DNA of 32,243 nucleotides. It comes from a virus. Taxonomy: Duplodnaviria > Caudoviricetes. The notes beneath the pieces were generated by a model, which worked only from the letters and a program-made list of their open reading frames with translations, had not been told where the DNA came from and searched no databases. Shown here one piece after another: positions 18,601 to 27,942 of this stretch. The DNA lies in the IMG/VR virus record IMGVR_UViG_3300043932_000317, positions 1 through 32,243 of that record. One strand, written 5' to 3'. A program made the position numbers and the translations under genes. Each line of letters starts with the position of its first letter. The stretch's first letter is position 1.

Positions 18601-19782
18601 GGTGCTGCGGGTCCTAACACATTTGACTGCTCTGGACTTGTTATGTATGCTCTAAAACACGCCTTTGGCATTGATTATCCCCACTTTTCTGGTGCTCAAT
18701 ACGGCAAAACAAAACACATTAGTCGTTCAAACGCTAAACCAGGTGACTTGGTGTTCTGGGGACCCGGTAAACACGTTGGAGTCTTTGCTGGTGGAAATAA
18801 GTATTGGTCAGCATTCGCGCCTAATGGTCATCCAGACATTGGTATGCATTCAATTTCTGGCTCAGTACCAGGATATAGCCCACTATTTGGTGAGGTTAGG
18901 GGATTAGCAAGGAAGACTGTCTCAAAAGGTAAAAAATCAGCTTCTAATAGCATTCAATCGCTCATTAAGAAACAAGTTGGCAGCGGATTCTTCAAATTTA
19001 TGTCTAAGTTAGCTGACAAGTTTGGCGATAATGGTGATATGGGATCTGTTGGTCTTGCTGGAGATGAAAGTCAACGAGCTAGAGAAATAGCGAAAGCCCT
19101 TAAACAAGCTTATCCCTCTGCTACTGATGCCGGAATTGCCGGTATCCTAGGTAACTGGATGCAAGAATCACGCTTAAGCCCTTCGGCAATTGATAGCGCT
19201 GATCATGGTACTGGGTTAGGCCAATGGACATTTGGACGTGAAACCGGATTGCGTAACTGGGAGAAAAAGCATGGTTATGCTTGGAACTCTGCCAAAGGTC
19301 AACTGGAATACGCGCTTCATGAACCTGGCGAATCTGGAGCCTTTAAAGCAGTATTAAGAATGACTAATCCAGCCAACGCGGCTAGAAAGTTCTTCGCTGG
19401 TTGGGAGTCAGGCGGTAATGAAGACGCAACCGGAGGAACTCGTATTAGCAACGCCGAAGCCGCATATAAAGCGATTAAAGGATATGCCAAAGGCGGCCGA
19501 ATTCAAAAGAATCAACTAGCTAAAGTTCATGAAGACGGCTGGGAATTGTTTAAGCCTGATACGGGTGGTCTAATGATCCCGCACGAAGCTTCTGAAAAGA
19601 TTATTAACGGTCAAAATAAAAAAGTATCAATTGATGCTCGAACTAATTTGACTATTCAAGGCCATGCTGATAGTTCAACAATCAATAAAATTGATGAACG
19701 AATTGAAAAACGTAATAACGATCTCGTTGAGAAAATGCGTCAGTTGCTAGGCTCAAATGATGAAGGAGGTCTTACTGTATGA
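15652..19782 (+). CDS. Tape measure protein with NlpC/P60 peptidase and phage tail lysozyme-like domains
   Basis: Trp/Phe-periodic helical core; YVWGAAGPNTFDCSGL...PGDLVFW...HVG (~18560-18900); AGILGNWMQES...GLGQWT (~19075-19470). Confidence 0.93.
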   Translation: MAEAKEVRHAGIGLDLSMNGLDDFKRANSMMDDFLETMKEASRITDKFKNNFSGFGGKSSDEVRKTRDAVQDVYHSMGSAKNETNQVTENVHKMQQEFKYTSDAAKKIKLNSGLNNEAKKDADTIHKVQDELRDLPTKKVTDIKTNFDNSNKSASNGSKLIKDYSDHVDKAHDRVKRLHDIIFGSFVGTAVSNGIQNLASGIWSSAKNGFELAEAGERIASQWKTVGLTSKQTEELGDQIGDIRSKADMSGGAINDMQKKIYALTSSVPITKTLVNEMSAYGSEAGKTGEQIQQMTGMVAKSLGSKTVSAGFFNRVFGQLPALRKQIQEASGMTTSAFNKALQNSKISGSQMQSWMIKAAKGSGSAWKAFGKTTAGQIAAIKGEWQNLEVAFAKPLSAGFAKGMDSMTGRNGGLKSARKELENIVKLLGTKVGDFAGKAVAFIGQHHSDLNKIVTSLFSIVKSLAIGVWKPIAAVIKSMSGNSGKASKGLKGIANGLKNIAKQKSLIKGVGTALLGLFVAKKILDTIRALKRFREEILKVTGAEKLMDIVTDANPFVLLGVAVVAVGAALYELYKHNKKFRKFVNGLISWSKKAWKDITKWFGKLAKDVSKYINNLVKDVNNRWGWLFKDMAKIIKDAWRTIKSLIQVIVDVFTGKWGRLGKDIGKLTKDLWNDVKDLFKTGFDWVNKLTGGRLEDTIKFFSNAWKDIGKGWKDFWNGIDDWFSNLWKGIVKHVQNGINDIIKVLNDGIGLIDGVIHMFGGSSKAIGKIGYVHFANGTGMLGNQRREITKPTLAMLNDGHDSPETGNREMLIHPNGMSELIKGTNVKRLLEPGAEILNASETKFALSLNGMSHFAKGTGLLSNLWNGAKSIGSSVVGGVEKGFGAIGNFAGGVVKATKKVFDTVKSIVKDPSKYLNGLLKKPSGKGTVLSDFANGFFGKMKSSATNWWKSLWGMVNLDGGSGGDATGLLAAVEKYGRGKRYVWGAAGPNTFDCSGLVMYALKHAFGIDYPHFSGAQYGKTKHISRSNAKPGDLVFWGPGKHVGVFAGGNKYWSAFAPNGHPDIGMHSISGSVPGYSPLFGEVRGLARKTVSKGKKSASNSIQSLIKKQVGSGFFKFMSKLADKFGDNGDMGSVGLAGDESQRAREIAKALKQAYPSATDAGIAGILGNWMQESRLSPSAIDSADHGTGLGQWTFGRETGLRNWEKKHGYAWNSAKGQLEYALHEPGESGAFKAVLRMTNPANAARKFFAGWESGGNEDATGGTRISNAEAAYKAIKGYAKGGRIQKNQLAKVHEDGWELFKPDTGGLMIPHEASEKIINGQNKKVSIDARTNLTIQGHADSSTINKIDERIEKRNNDLVEKMRQLLGSNDEGGLTV

Positions 19783-20985
19783 CCAAAAAATCGGCAAAAC
19801 ATTCTGTTAAAGGTAAGACTTTAACTTATTTGCAAAAGAAATCAACCGAATGGAAATCAACTGTCAGCAAAGATGCTGACCAAATTGATAATGCTAAAAG
19901 TACCATTGATAAGGCTAAGGATAAGTTAGACACTTATGATGAATATCTGCAAAAGCAAAATGGGTATAACAGCCTTAGAGATGCCTATGATGCCAAACAA
20001 GATGAAATTGATAAGCAGAAGAAATTATTGAGCAAAACCAAGAAATCTTCTAAGAAAAAAGTCAATTGAGTCAACCATTAAAGACCTAACTAAACAGAAA
20101 AAAGAAGTCTATCAATCAATTACTAAGCTTACCAATACTTCTGAATATCAAAAACAGCTAAAGTCTCGTACAAAAGCCAATCATGCAATTAGTGTTGAAA
20201 AGAAAAAAATTGATGATATTAATGCAAAAAAGTCAAAGGATAAGAAAGTTTATCAGACTTATCACGATGCTTATACTGCTAAGAAAAGGGCGGAAACTAA
20301 GAAGAAACAAACTCAAAATCGATCTAAAATTAGCGATAAAATTGCAGCTGCCAAGAAAAAATATAAGATACATAAGAATGTGTATCTTAATGGACTAACA
20401 ACAATTCAGCGGGCAGATGCAATGACTAGTCGAGTTTTTATCTTAGGCGAATCAGATCCATCTGAAACTAACGATCAGGATGTTCCGACTAACGAAGTAG
20501 ATAACTCAGATCCTCGAACTAATTACAGTGTTCGAAGTTCCAAACAGTTATCAGGAACGTATTATTTATTTGGCAAAACGAGTGATTTAGATACACAATT
20601 TGAAATCTTACAAGGCTGGGCTCGAAAGGGAGTTGAGGTTACCGTTCGTGGCTTTTCTAAATGGGCGCACGCCTATCTATCCTCTGTCGGTAAAACAGCC
20701 AACACAGCAGGAAACAAGAACTCACTGGCACTATCACTAACCTTTACGTATGCCATGAAGTCCAAAATCGATTATGCTAAAAAGAAATCAAAGACCAAAT
20801 CTAAGTCAGCAAATACTAAAAAAAGTGGCACTAAGAAAACCACTCATAAAACGACAACCGTTAAAATAGGGATGACCTATTGGTCAATTTCGCAAAAAAC
20901 GGGAGTAAAAGTTTCTGAGTTGGAAAAGTTAAATAAATGGCCAGCTAATTCGATCCCAGTTGGAGCGAAAGTGAGGTATGAATAA
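19779..20985 (+). pseudogene. LysM-domain tail/baseplate protein, frameshifted at A6 run 20055-20060
   Basis: Lys-rich coiled coil continues without stop in the +1 frame into ORF 20380-20985, which ends in LysM (VK.G.TYWSISQK.GV.VSEL.KLN). Confidence 0.8.
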
Positions 20986-21320
20986 TGCCAGTACATGATT
21001 ATATTCCGGTATCTCCAGATGATATTCCTTATCAGCAAGAGATTGATTTAGACTCAGGAAACTATTTATTTGGATTCCAGTGGAATGAAATTGATCAGTC
21101 ACTTACGGTAGATATTTATCAACTCGATGGTACACCAATCTGGCTTGGCGAAATAGCAACTTTAAACCAACCGTTATGGCGCGGTATAAATGCTCCGGGT
21201 CTCCCAATTGAAACAATTATTCCAATGGATGAGTCAGGAAATGAGGATGAAATTGATCTCGGGAATTTAGGGGATACTGTGCAATTATGTATTGATGATA
21301 TTCCGGATGGTGAAAAATGA
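20985..21320 (+). CDS. Small acidic baseplate protein
   Basis: 'IPYQQEIDL...Y.F.FQWNE' pattern; position after LysM gene. Confidence 0.7.
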   Translation: MPVHDYIPVSPDDIPYQQEIDLDSGNYLFGFQWNEIDQSLTVDIYQLDGTPIWLGEIATLNQPLWRGINAPGLPIETIIPMDESGNEDEIDLGNLGDTVQLCIDDIPDGEK

Positions 21321-22252
21321 TGGTAGAAAAAATTATGAGCAAAGGCTACTATTGGGGATATTTGACTACTTTGGTTATTACTCATAATGGTAACCGACTA
21401 ACTCTTTCAGAAAAGAACAATGTGCCGATTAATTATGATATTCCTTCTGATGATGGTGGTAGCCCTGCTACCTGCACGGTAACCCTGTTTAATTTATCCA
21501 AGACTCATTTGGCCAAAATTAATCAAAATGATCACATCATTGTTTACAGTGGGCCTACTGATCTATACGGTAAATTAACTGAGGGAACTATCACTCAAAT
21601 TGCTCCCGAGACCCTAAGTGGCATGGATAAAGAAACTCAGATAACTTTCGAAGAAGGACGCGATTATTCAAAGGATAAACGTCTTTACAGCAATTTTAAC
21701 GGATCAAAATTGGTAACCCACACGGTTAAAGCAAGTGATGGGAAATCAATTTCATATAAAAAGCGAAAGATCAGCAAAGTTAACATTACGTTCAAAAAGG
21801 GAACTAAAGCCAGCCAAATTATTAATCGGATTAAACGTGAGGCAAAAATTGAAATTTCAGCAATTAATTTAAAGAAAAATCATGTTTTCAAAAAAGGATA
21901 TACGCTATCAGCCAAGCCCTTAGCAGCAATTCAAGCAATTGTAAAGGATTGCGGTAGCACGGTTTATTATCGTAAGGGTGCCTTATATATCGATGATGGT
22001 GTGAAGCCTAATCCTTACAATGAACATCTTTATCTCACGATGCATCATGGATTAACTCAAGAGCCAACCTATAATAGTGATGATGACGGTAAGCCAACAT
22101 GGACCTTAGAGTGTTTTGATGACCCACGTGTGTGCGCAGGATCGGCAGTTTATGTGAAGTCGGCCAATCTTACTGGTCTTCATAGAGTAAAAAGCGTTGA
22201 TCATACTCATGACCAGGATTCTTATAAAATGGAAGTGGTAGTTTATGCCTAA
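21317..22252 (+). CDS. Baseplate hub protein
   Basis: 'TVTLFNLS...GTI...TQITFEEG' pattern; precedes spike. Confidence 0.7.
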   Translation: MMVEKIMSKGYYWGYLTTLVITHNGNRLTLSEKNNVPINYDIPSDDGGSPATCTVTLFNLSKTHLAKINQNDHIIVYSGPTDLYGKLTEGTITQIAPETLSGMDKETQITFEEGRDYSKDKRLYSNFNGSKLVTHTVKASDGKSISYKKRKISKVNITFKKGTKASQIINRIKREAKIEISAINLKKNHVFKKGYTLSAKPLAAIQAIVKDCGSTVYYRKGALYIDDGVKPNPYNEHLYLTMHHGLTQEPTYNSDDDGKPTWTLECFDDPRVCAGSAVYVKSANLTGLHRVKSVDHTHDQDSYKMEVVVYA

Positions 22253-22679
22253 GAAAAGAAAAGTTGCAATTGATGCTAAAAATAAGCAATCCAATTTTTT
22301 GAAAAATGAATTTTTGGAATTTTTTAAGTCAGAAATTAATTGTCATACAATTGGACGGGTAATTTCATATGATAAGGCTCATCACCGTTGTGATGTTCAA
22401 CCGCTGCCACTTCAATCAGATGGTGATAAACGAGCGGCTTTAACTGAAGTTGTTGTTCCTGCATCAGTTTGGCAAATGGACACCTTCTTTCAAAAAATTT
22501 GTACTAATAAAAATATTAATCTTAATGGTTATAAGCCAATGGCAATTAGCTCGGTTGTTTGGGTTGGCTTTTGTGATCGTGAGATGGACAATTGGTCTGG
22601 TAAAAGCAACTACAAAATCGATACCAAAAGAATGCATTCGATACAAGATGCGGTGATTGAGGCGGTGATTAAACCATGA
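22245..22679 (+). CDS. Baseplate spike, Gp138-like N-terminal domain
   Basis: GRVISYD...CDVQPL...V.V.FCDREMDNW...RMHSIQDAV. Confidence 0.8.
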   Translation: MPKKRKVAIDAKNKQSNFLKNEFLEFFKSEINCHTIGRVISYDKAHHRCDVQPLPLQSDGDKRAALTEVVVPASVWQMDTFFQKICTNKNINLNGYKPMAISSVVWVGFCDREMDNWSGKSNYKIDTKRMHSIQDAVIEAVIKP

Positions 22680-23077
22680 TTGCATTTGGATTAGACAGCA
22701 CCGGTGATTTGGATTTTAACCCAAACACTGGTGCTTTTAATATGGTCGAAAATGATGATGAAATTGCTCAGAAACTCAGTTTACTATTAAACATTAATGT
22801 TGCTGAATTGCTTTGGAATGAAGATATTGGTCTTGATCATAACGAATTACTTGCTAATGCAGATGATCAAGGGATTATTCAGTCGATTTTATCTGACTAT
22901 CTGCAAGAACAATGGCCCGATACTTTTGATTCAGTTGAAATTACTAATTTCGAAGTTAATCAACAACAGCGGATTACTTCACTGGAAGCAACAGTCACCC
23001 TTACAACTGGTGAAACTGTCACGAGTAGTGTTAGCGTCGATGATCAAGGAGATGAAAATGATGCCACTAACAGCTAA
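22676..23077 (+). CDS. Baseplate wedge/sheath initiator (gp25-like, DUF2634-like)
   Basis: GDLDF...EIAQKL...EL.WNEDIGLD; between spike and J. Confidence 0.72.
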   Translation: MIAFGLDSTGDLDFNPNTGAFNMVENDDEIAQKLSLLLNINVAELLWNEDIGLDHNELLANADDQGIIQSILSDYLQEQWPDTFDSVEITNFEVNQQQRITSLEATVTLTTGETVTSSVSVDDQGDENDATNS

Positions 23078-24296
23078 TGGATATGATCGTCCTGAACTAG
23101 ATGATCTACGAGACAATATCAATGCTTTGTTTGTCAAATATTTTGGTGATGGCATTGATTTAGATGATGAGCAGACGCCAGGAATGATTGCTGGCATTTT
23201 ATCAGAAGTTGATGACACGTTGGAAAGTCTGGCCCAGGGGGTTTATAACTCATTTTTTGTTTTGAAAAGTTCCGGAGCAAATCTGGATGACTTGGCAGCT
23301 GAAATTAGCGTTTACCGTAAACCGGCAACTAATGCTTATGTGTATTTGCAAATTGATGGTTATGTAGATCCAGATTCGCCAACTGTTATTCCAGAAGGGA
23401 CACAATTCTCTACCCCAGGTGGTCAACTATTTTCAACCTTGGCAGATGTTATGATTACTAAGCAAGCAACATATGTTGATAGTGGCGGAAATACTCAGCC
23501 GCTGATTGATGATGATGGCAATCCTTTGGGCAGGCAAACAGTTCAAGCGGTAGCCACAGATACTGGGACAGATTCAAATGTTATGCCGGCAGCTATTGTT
23601 AATCCAGTTAATTCAATTGACGGTTTCTATGCAGTTACTAACCAGCAAGCAGCTACAGGTGGCACGGATGCAGAAACTGATGATGCGCTACGGCAACGAA
23701 TTTTAGATAATCGTAAAAGTGCTGAGAATAGTACGCCTAATGGCATTCAAACTGCCATTAAAAATCTAACTGGAGTAACTGATGTTCGTTTGGTCAATAA
23801 TAATACAATGAATACAGATAGCCATGGGAATCCTCCTAAATCAGTTCATCTTTACGTAATTGGCGGTGATGATAGCCAAATTTCTCAAAGATTCTTTGAT
23901 GTTTTACCGCCGCAAACTAAAACTATTGGCTCCGTAATTGGTATGGCAACAGACGTAGGTGGTCGTCAATATACCGTTTCGTTTGATCGGGCTGAGACGG
24001 TACCAATTTATGTTGAATTGGATTTGAATGTTAACAGTACGGTTTTTGATACTGATAATGGGCCAAAAATCATTAAGACTAATATCTTAAATTACTTTGA
24101 TACTCTAAATATGGGTGATAAAGTTCTTTATTCAAAACTATTTGGTCCCGGATATTCGCCCGCTGGTGTGACTGATGTTGCTGTTAAATTAGGTACAAAT
24201 GCTAATGCATTGTCAGAAACGGATATTAGTGTCAGTGATTTTCAATTGGCGGTTATCAGTTCTGATAATATTACGATTAACGCGATTGAAAACTAA
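23058..24296 (+). CDS. Baseplate J/gp47 family protein
   Basis: MPLTANGY, SGANLDDLA, GGTDAETDDALRQR, PPKSVHLYVIGG; RBS AAGGAG (ORF-track start 22797 too long). Confidence 0.92.
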   Translation: MMPLTANGYDRPELDDLRDNINALFVKYFGDGIDLDDEQTPGMIAGILSEVDDTLESLAQGVYNSFFVLKSSGANLDDLAAEISVYRKPATNAYVYLQIDGYVDPDSPTVIPEGTQFSTPGGQLFSTLADVMITKQATYVDSGGNTQPLIDDDGNPLGRQTVQAVATDTGTDSNVMPAAIVNPVNSIDGFYAVTNQQAATGGTDAETDDALRQRILDNRKSAENSTPNGIQTAIKNLTGVTDVRLVNNNTMNTDSHGNPPKSVHLYVIGGDDSQISQRFFDVLPPQTKTIGSVIGMATDVGGRQYTVSFDRAETVPIYVELDLNVNSTVFDTDNGPKIIKTNILNYFDTLNMGDKVLYSKLFGPGYSPAGVTDVAVKLGTNANALSETDISVSDFQLAVISSDNITINAIEN

Positions 24297-24309
24297 AGAG
24301 GGATGCTAA

Positions 24310-24912
24310 ATGTATCAAACCGAAACGGATTTATCTGATAGTACTTTACGGAACTGGTTAGTTTCAATGTTTCCGTCGATTATGAATCAGGAAGATGAAT
24401 CAAATAATCAAAACTTATTAAACTTGATTGCTGATCTTCTTAATGAACACAAAAATGACTTGCTCAGTATATCAGATCAGGCTTTGTTAAATAACGCCAG
24501 CGGGCAAACATTAACAGATATTGCCCTGGACTATGGCATCAATCGGCTAGATGATGACGATGATTTTTTACGATTTCAAGTTCGTTTACAATTATTGAAG
24601 AACCATATGGGCATTACAACTAATGATTTAAAAATGTTGATTGCAACGGTTTTAAATATTGGCACAGATGTGTTCGACATTAACGGTACCGATAATCCAG
24701 AAGAAGTCGAAGTGACCAATATTCCCTTTGATTTTAATTCAGGTGACAAGGCAGAAGTTAAACGTAAAATTTTAACCAATGCTATTCAGTCAATGCTGCC
24801 ACCAGAATATTTATTAAAGGATTTACAGTATGCAACGACAGTTAACAACCAACTTTATGTAGGAGTTCATGCCCAGTCCTATCCACAAATTACTGTTAAG
24901 GAGATGGTTTAA
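24310..24912 (+). CDS. Baseplate wedge protein (DUF2612/gpI-like)
   Basis: ASGQTLTDIA.DYGI.RLDDDD.FLRF; follows J. Confidence 0.72.
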   Translation: MYQTETDLSDSTLRNWLVSMFPSIMNQEDESNNQNLLNLIADLLNEHKNDLLSISDQALLNNASGQTLTDIALDYGINRLDDDDDFLRFQVRLQLLKNHMGITTNDLKMLIATVLNIGTDVFDINGTDNPEEVEVTNIPFDFNSGDKAEVKRKILTNAIQSMLPPEYLLKDLQYATTVNNQLYVGVHAQSYPQITVKEMV

Positions 24913-26514
24913 TTGGCAACGCCAAACGTAGGAATCTTAACTAATGCGGGCAAAAATTTAATTGATCAAGTTAATGCTGGTCAAACTAAAATTACTTTTA
25001 GCAAAATTGTTTTTTCCAGTATGAATAATAGTCAACTAACTGATGAGCAGATAAAAGCATTAACGACAGTTGCACCACAAGAAATTGTAGTTAATAATCC
25101 AGAAGTTACTCTGGATAATAACACTGGTGAAACTCGAATTCGAGCAACTGGTAATAATGAAGCATTAACTGATGGTGTTTATGTTAAAACTTATGCTGTT
25201 TTTGCTAAAGATGATTCGGGTAATGAGATATTATATGGGATTACGGTATCCCCCAATCCTAATTACTTGCCAGAATATGATGGTGTAACCCCGCAAGCGG
25301 TTACTTATTCATACAAAGTGAATATTAGCAATACCAGTAATATCACTTTTACTAATTCAAACGACGTTTATGTTTCAGATACTGATTTAGCTGAGGCGTT
25401 ACAGCCTTACGCCAAGACGGTTGACGTTAATCAACAACTGGATAAAAAGGTTAACGTTTCTGATATGCGTAAACCTGCCAGTGATGTAGCTGGAATTGAG
25501 GAAGTTTCCACATTGCAAACTCAAGTTGATAACAGTGCTGTAGGAACTAATTTACTATTAGGTACAGGAAATAATTTAAGCACAACTGGCACAAATACTG
25601 CAAACCAAACAACGAATAATTATTTACTAACTAATGGATACAATGTTTCTACTTTGGCTTCAGCACTTGGAACACAGTTTACAATTAGTTTTGATTGGTC
25701 GGTTTCGGGTAGTTCACCTTCAGGTACTTTCAATGCTATATGGAATAATTTTCCATGGGATTCTGGTATAGGGAATTTGAATACGGTGTCGAATTCAAAT
25801 ACTTCAGGTCATTTTTCCAATACTTTTAGTTTAAGCACTGGCAGTGAAAATATAGCAACTGGGGTTCATTTTAGACTAGATAACTTTGTGGGAACTCTTA
25901 CAATTTCTAATCTTAAGGTGGAAAAAGGTAGCGTAGCTACTGATTGGTGTCCTAATCCAGATGATAAAGTAAATGTAGCTGATATGCGTAAACCAGCCAA
26001 CGATGTAGCGGGGATTGAGGAAGTTAACGCTAAACAAGATAAAATTGGTTATACACCTGCTGACGATTCCAAAGTCGCTCACTTATCTGGAGCAAACAAT
26101 TTCGACACCGTTCCAACGGTCAACAACAATCCATTACTTCTCGCAAGTAGTTTACCAACTGATCTAGCACGAACAGGTTCAGATCAAGAGTTTACGGGTA
26201 AAAATACTTTCGATACTGCGCCAATTGATAAAACAACTGGCAATCCTTATATCACTAAAGACGGTGTTCCCAGTATTCCAAGTGATGTCGCCCGAACGGG
26301 ACAGGCTCAAACATTTACAGCCGCACAGACATTTAGTATTGCGCCCGTCTTGAAATCAAATGGCAAGCCTTTTATCACGATGGACGATGTGCTGGCTGAG
26401 TTGACCAAGCGTGGCTATCCAAGTCTTGTTTGGAAAGGCACACAAGCCGAATTTGATGCTCTGGCAACCAAGGATCCTAACGGCGAATATCAGATTGTGG
26501 AGGCTAACAGCTAA
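24913..26514 (+). CDS. Tail fibre with collar-type N-terminus, repeat-flanked carbohydrate-binding-like module and fibre repeats
   Basis: ILTNAGKNL...FAKDD.G.EILY N-terminus; NLL.GT...LKVEKG..ATDW.P.P.D module; C-terminal WKGTQAEFDAL..KD....Y.I motif. Confidence 0.85.
   Translation: MATPNVGILTNAGKNLIDQVNAGQTKITFSKIVFSSMNNSQLTDEQIKALTTVAPQEIVVNNPEVTLDNNTGETRIRATGNNEALTDGVYVKTYAVFAKDDSGNEILYGITVSPNPNYLPEYDGVTPQAVTYSYKVNISNTSNITFTNSNDVYVSDTDLAEALQPYAKTVDVNQQLDKKVNVSDMRKPASDVAGIEEVSTLQTQVDNSAVGTNLLLGTGNNLSTTGTNTANQTTNNYLLTNGYNVSTLASALGTQFTISFDWSVSGSSPSGTFNAIWNNFPWDSGIGNLNTVSNSNTSGHFSNTFSLSTGSENIATGVHFRLDNFVGTLTISNLKVEKGSVATDWCPNPDDKVNVADMRKPANDVAGIEEVNAKQDKIGYTPADDSKVAHLSGANNFDTVPTVNNNPLLLASSLPTDLARTGSDQEFTGKNTFDTAPIDKTTGNPYITKDGVPSIPSDVARTGQAQTFTAAQTFSIAPVLKSNGKPFITMDDVLAELTKRGYPSLVWKGTQAEFDALATKDPNGEYQIVEANS
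25441..26025 (+). repeat. Pair of ~65-bp imperfect direct repeats, 519 bp apart, within the fibre gene
   Basis: KVNVSDMRKPASDVAGIEEV / KVNVADMRKPANDVAGIEEV; GATATGCGTAAACC at 25462 and 25981. Confidence 0.9.
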
Positions 26515-26939
26515 TGGCAATACAAACTAATGCACAAAGAATTACTAGAATTTATCGCGGGACAACTAAAGTTTGGGAAGACACTTCACGAAAATTCATT
26601 TCTATAAGTCCAGTTGGAATGGATCCAACCTATAATGAGCTGGGTGTTTTAGTTGATGAAAATAATCCGGCAGTTGGATATCTTATGGGCTGGTTTCAGG
26701 CAAAAGACAACCCTATAAATGTCGGTGATGTGATTGGAACATTTAAGGAAGCGTTGGTCACCCCATCGTCAGATGGTAATAGCGGTTGGGGTGATGATGA
26801 CATAACTTCTTTCAGCAATATGAATGTTCAATTGAAAAATAATCAGTTAATTTGTCATGGGTATTCTAGCGGTGGCCCCAATTCACACACTTCTTATGAA
26901 TTGAATAATACGTTGACAGTAAATCTTTCTTACAAATGA
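26514..26939 (+). CDS. Fibre-associated/receptor-binding accessory protein
   Basis: N-terminal ITRIYRGTTKVW motif; coupled to fibre stop. Confidence 0.6.
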   Translation: MAIQTNAQRITRIYRGTTKVWEDTSRKFISISPVGMDPTYNELGVLVDENNPAVGYLMGWFQAKDNPINVGDVIGTFKEALVTPSSDGNSGWGDDDITSFSNMNVQLKNNQLICHGYSSGGPNSHTSYELNNTLTVNLSYK

Positions 26940-27010
26940 GGAGGTGCGCATGATGTCTATGCTACAATCGCTTCCATATCAGCCTATTAATTAGAAAGAA
27001 GGATATTTTT

Positions 27011-27088
27011 ATGACTTATTATGTAACAGTTGATGCCGATCAGTATAAGGAAATACTTTGTAAGGATTATACAGCAGCAACAAATTAA
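27011..27088 (+). pseudogene. 25-aa remnant with XkdX-like C-terminus (ADQYKEILCKDY)
   Basis: RBS AGAAGGA; resembles XkdX end (..QYKEITG.DY); usual XkdX position before lysis genes. Confidence 0.5.
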
Positions 27089-27140
27089 GCGTTATTCAGT
27101 TAAGACTGGATGGCGTATTTATTTTACCCAAATTTAGGAA

Positions 27141-27560
27141 GTGATAAAAATGCTAAAAAGGATTGGAAAATATTATTCGCATTTATGTTTCGGCTTGGCT
27201 TCCTTAATGGCTGGCACGTATATCTTTTTTCATCTGAATTATTTGGATAGTCCAGAAGTTACACCACCACCACCTCCTGGCTTTGCGGAACATGTGGTTT
27301 TCGGTGCTGCCGATGATTGGTGGTTTGCCGGATTACTAGTGATTGGCGGGATTGTTCTGCTAAGCGGAGTATTACTTGATTCAATTACATTAAGGAATGC
27401 CGGCATGATTATTATTGCCCCATTGTTTGGTTATCTCGCCTTCGGATTTATGATCCGGGGCGTTTTTGATATTCACTTTAATTTAACTTGGGTGTTTGCC
27501 AGCCTCGCAATTGCGCTGCTGATCGGCACTGCTATGCGAGGTGGTAGGCGTAATGTTTAG
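27141..27560 (+). CDS. Four-TM membrane protein of lysis cassette
   Basis: Four hydrophobic segments, poly-Pro loop; start 27141 or 27150. Confidence 0.75.
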   Translation: MIKMLKRIGKYYSHLCFGLASLMAGTYIFFHLNYLDSPEVTPPPPPGFAEHVVFGAADDWWFAGLLVIGGIVLLSGVLLDSITLRNAGMIIIAPLFGYLAFGFMIRGVFDIHFNLTWVFASLAIALLIGTAMRGGRRNV

Positions 27561-27939
27561 TTGGATAACTCATAATTTAACGGTTTTCTTTGGCTCAGTC
27601 GTTACACTGATTGGCGTGATCGCTGGGCTTATTCATTCGAATAAAGCCGATACAAACAGCGCGACTAAGGAGCGCACAGACTTGGAGAAATTTATATTGA
27701 AAACAGTTAAAGATGATAATGAGGGCTTAAGGAAGCGGTATGATGGTCTAGCTTCAAAGTTCGATGAAATGGACAAAGATTACGATAAATTCAAAGATTA
27801 TCATGATCAAATCGTTAAAAAGTTGCAAGAACAAATTGACTTAAAAGAGGAAGAGAATCGAAATCTTCGTCAGAAAAACGCTGCTTTAAAAAAAGAAAAC
27901 GCCGCTTATCGTGCACGATACGGCAAACTGGAGGAATAA
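27553..27939 (+). CDS. N-terminal TM plus coiled-coil lysis-cassette protein
   Basis: RBS GAGGTGG; one TM then charged heptads. Confidence 0.75.
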   Translation: MFSWITHNLTVFFGSVVTLIGVIAGLIHSNKADTNSATKERTDLEKFILKTVKDDNEGLRKRYDGLASKFDEMDKDYDKFKDYHDQIVKKLQEQIDLKEEENRNLRQKNAALKKENAAYRARYGKLEE

Positions 27940-27942
27940 TCT

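Noticed and set aside
16701-18671. Long minus-strand ORFs (292 aa, 194 aa)
   Set aside because: Antisense shadows of the tape measure gene; no recognisable motifs.
20055-20061. A-AAA-AAG programmed -1 frameshift
   Set aside because: The heptamer is out of phase with the upstream frame and the needed shift is +1.
22797-23057. N-terminal extension of baseplate J in the ORF track
   Set aside because: Overlaps the upstream gene; RBS and family-like start lie at 23058.
25441-26400. DGR or invertible shufflon in the fibre gene
   Set aside because: No reverse transcriptase or invertase in the window; repeats are direct, coding and differ mostly at synonymous sites.
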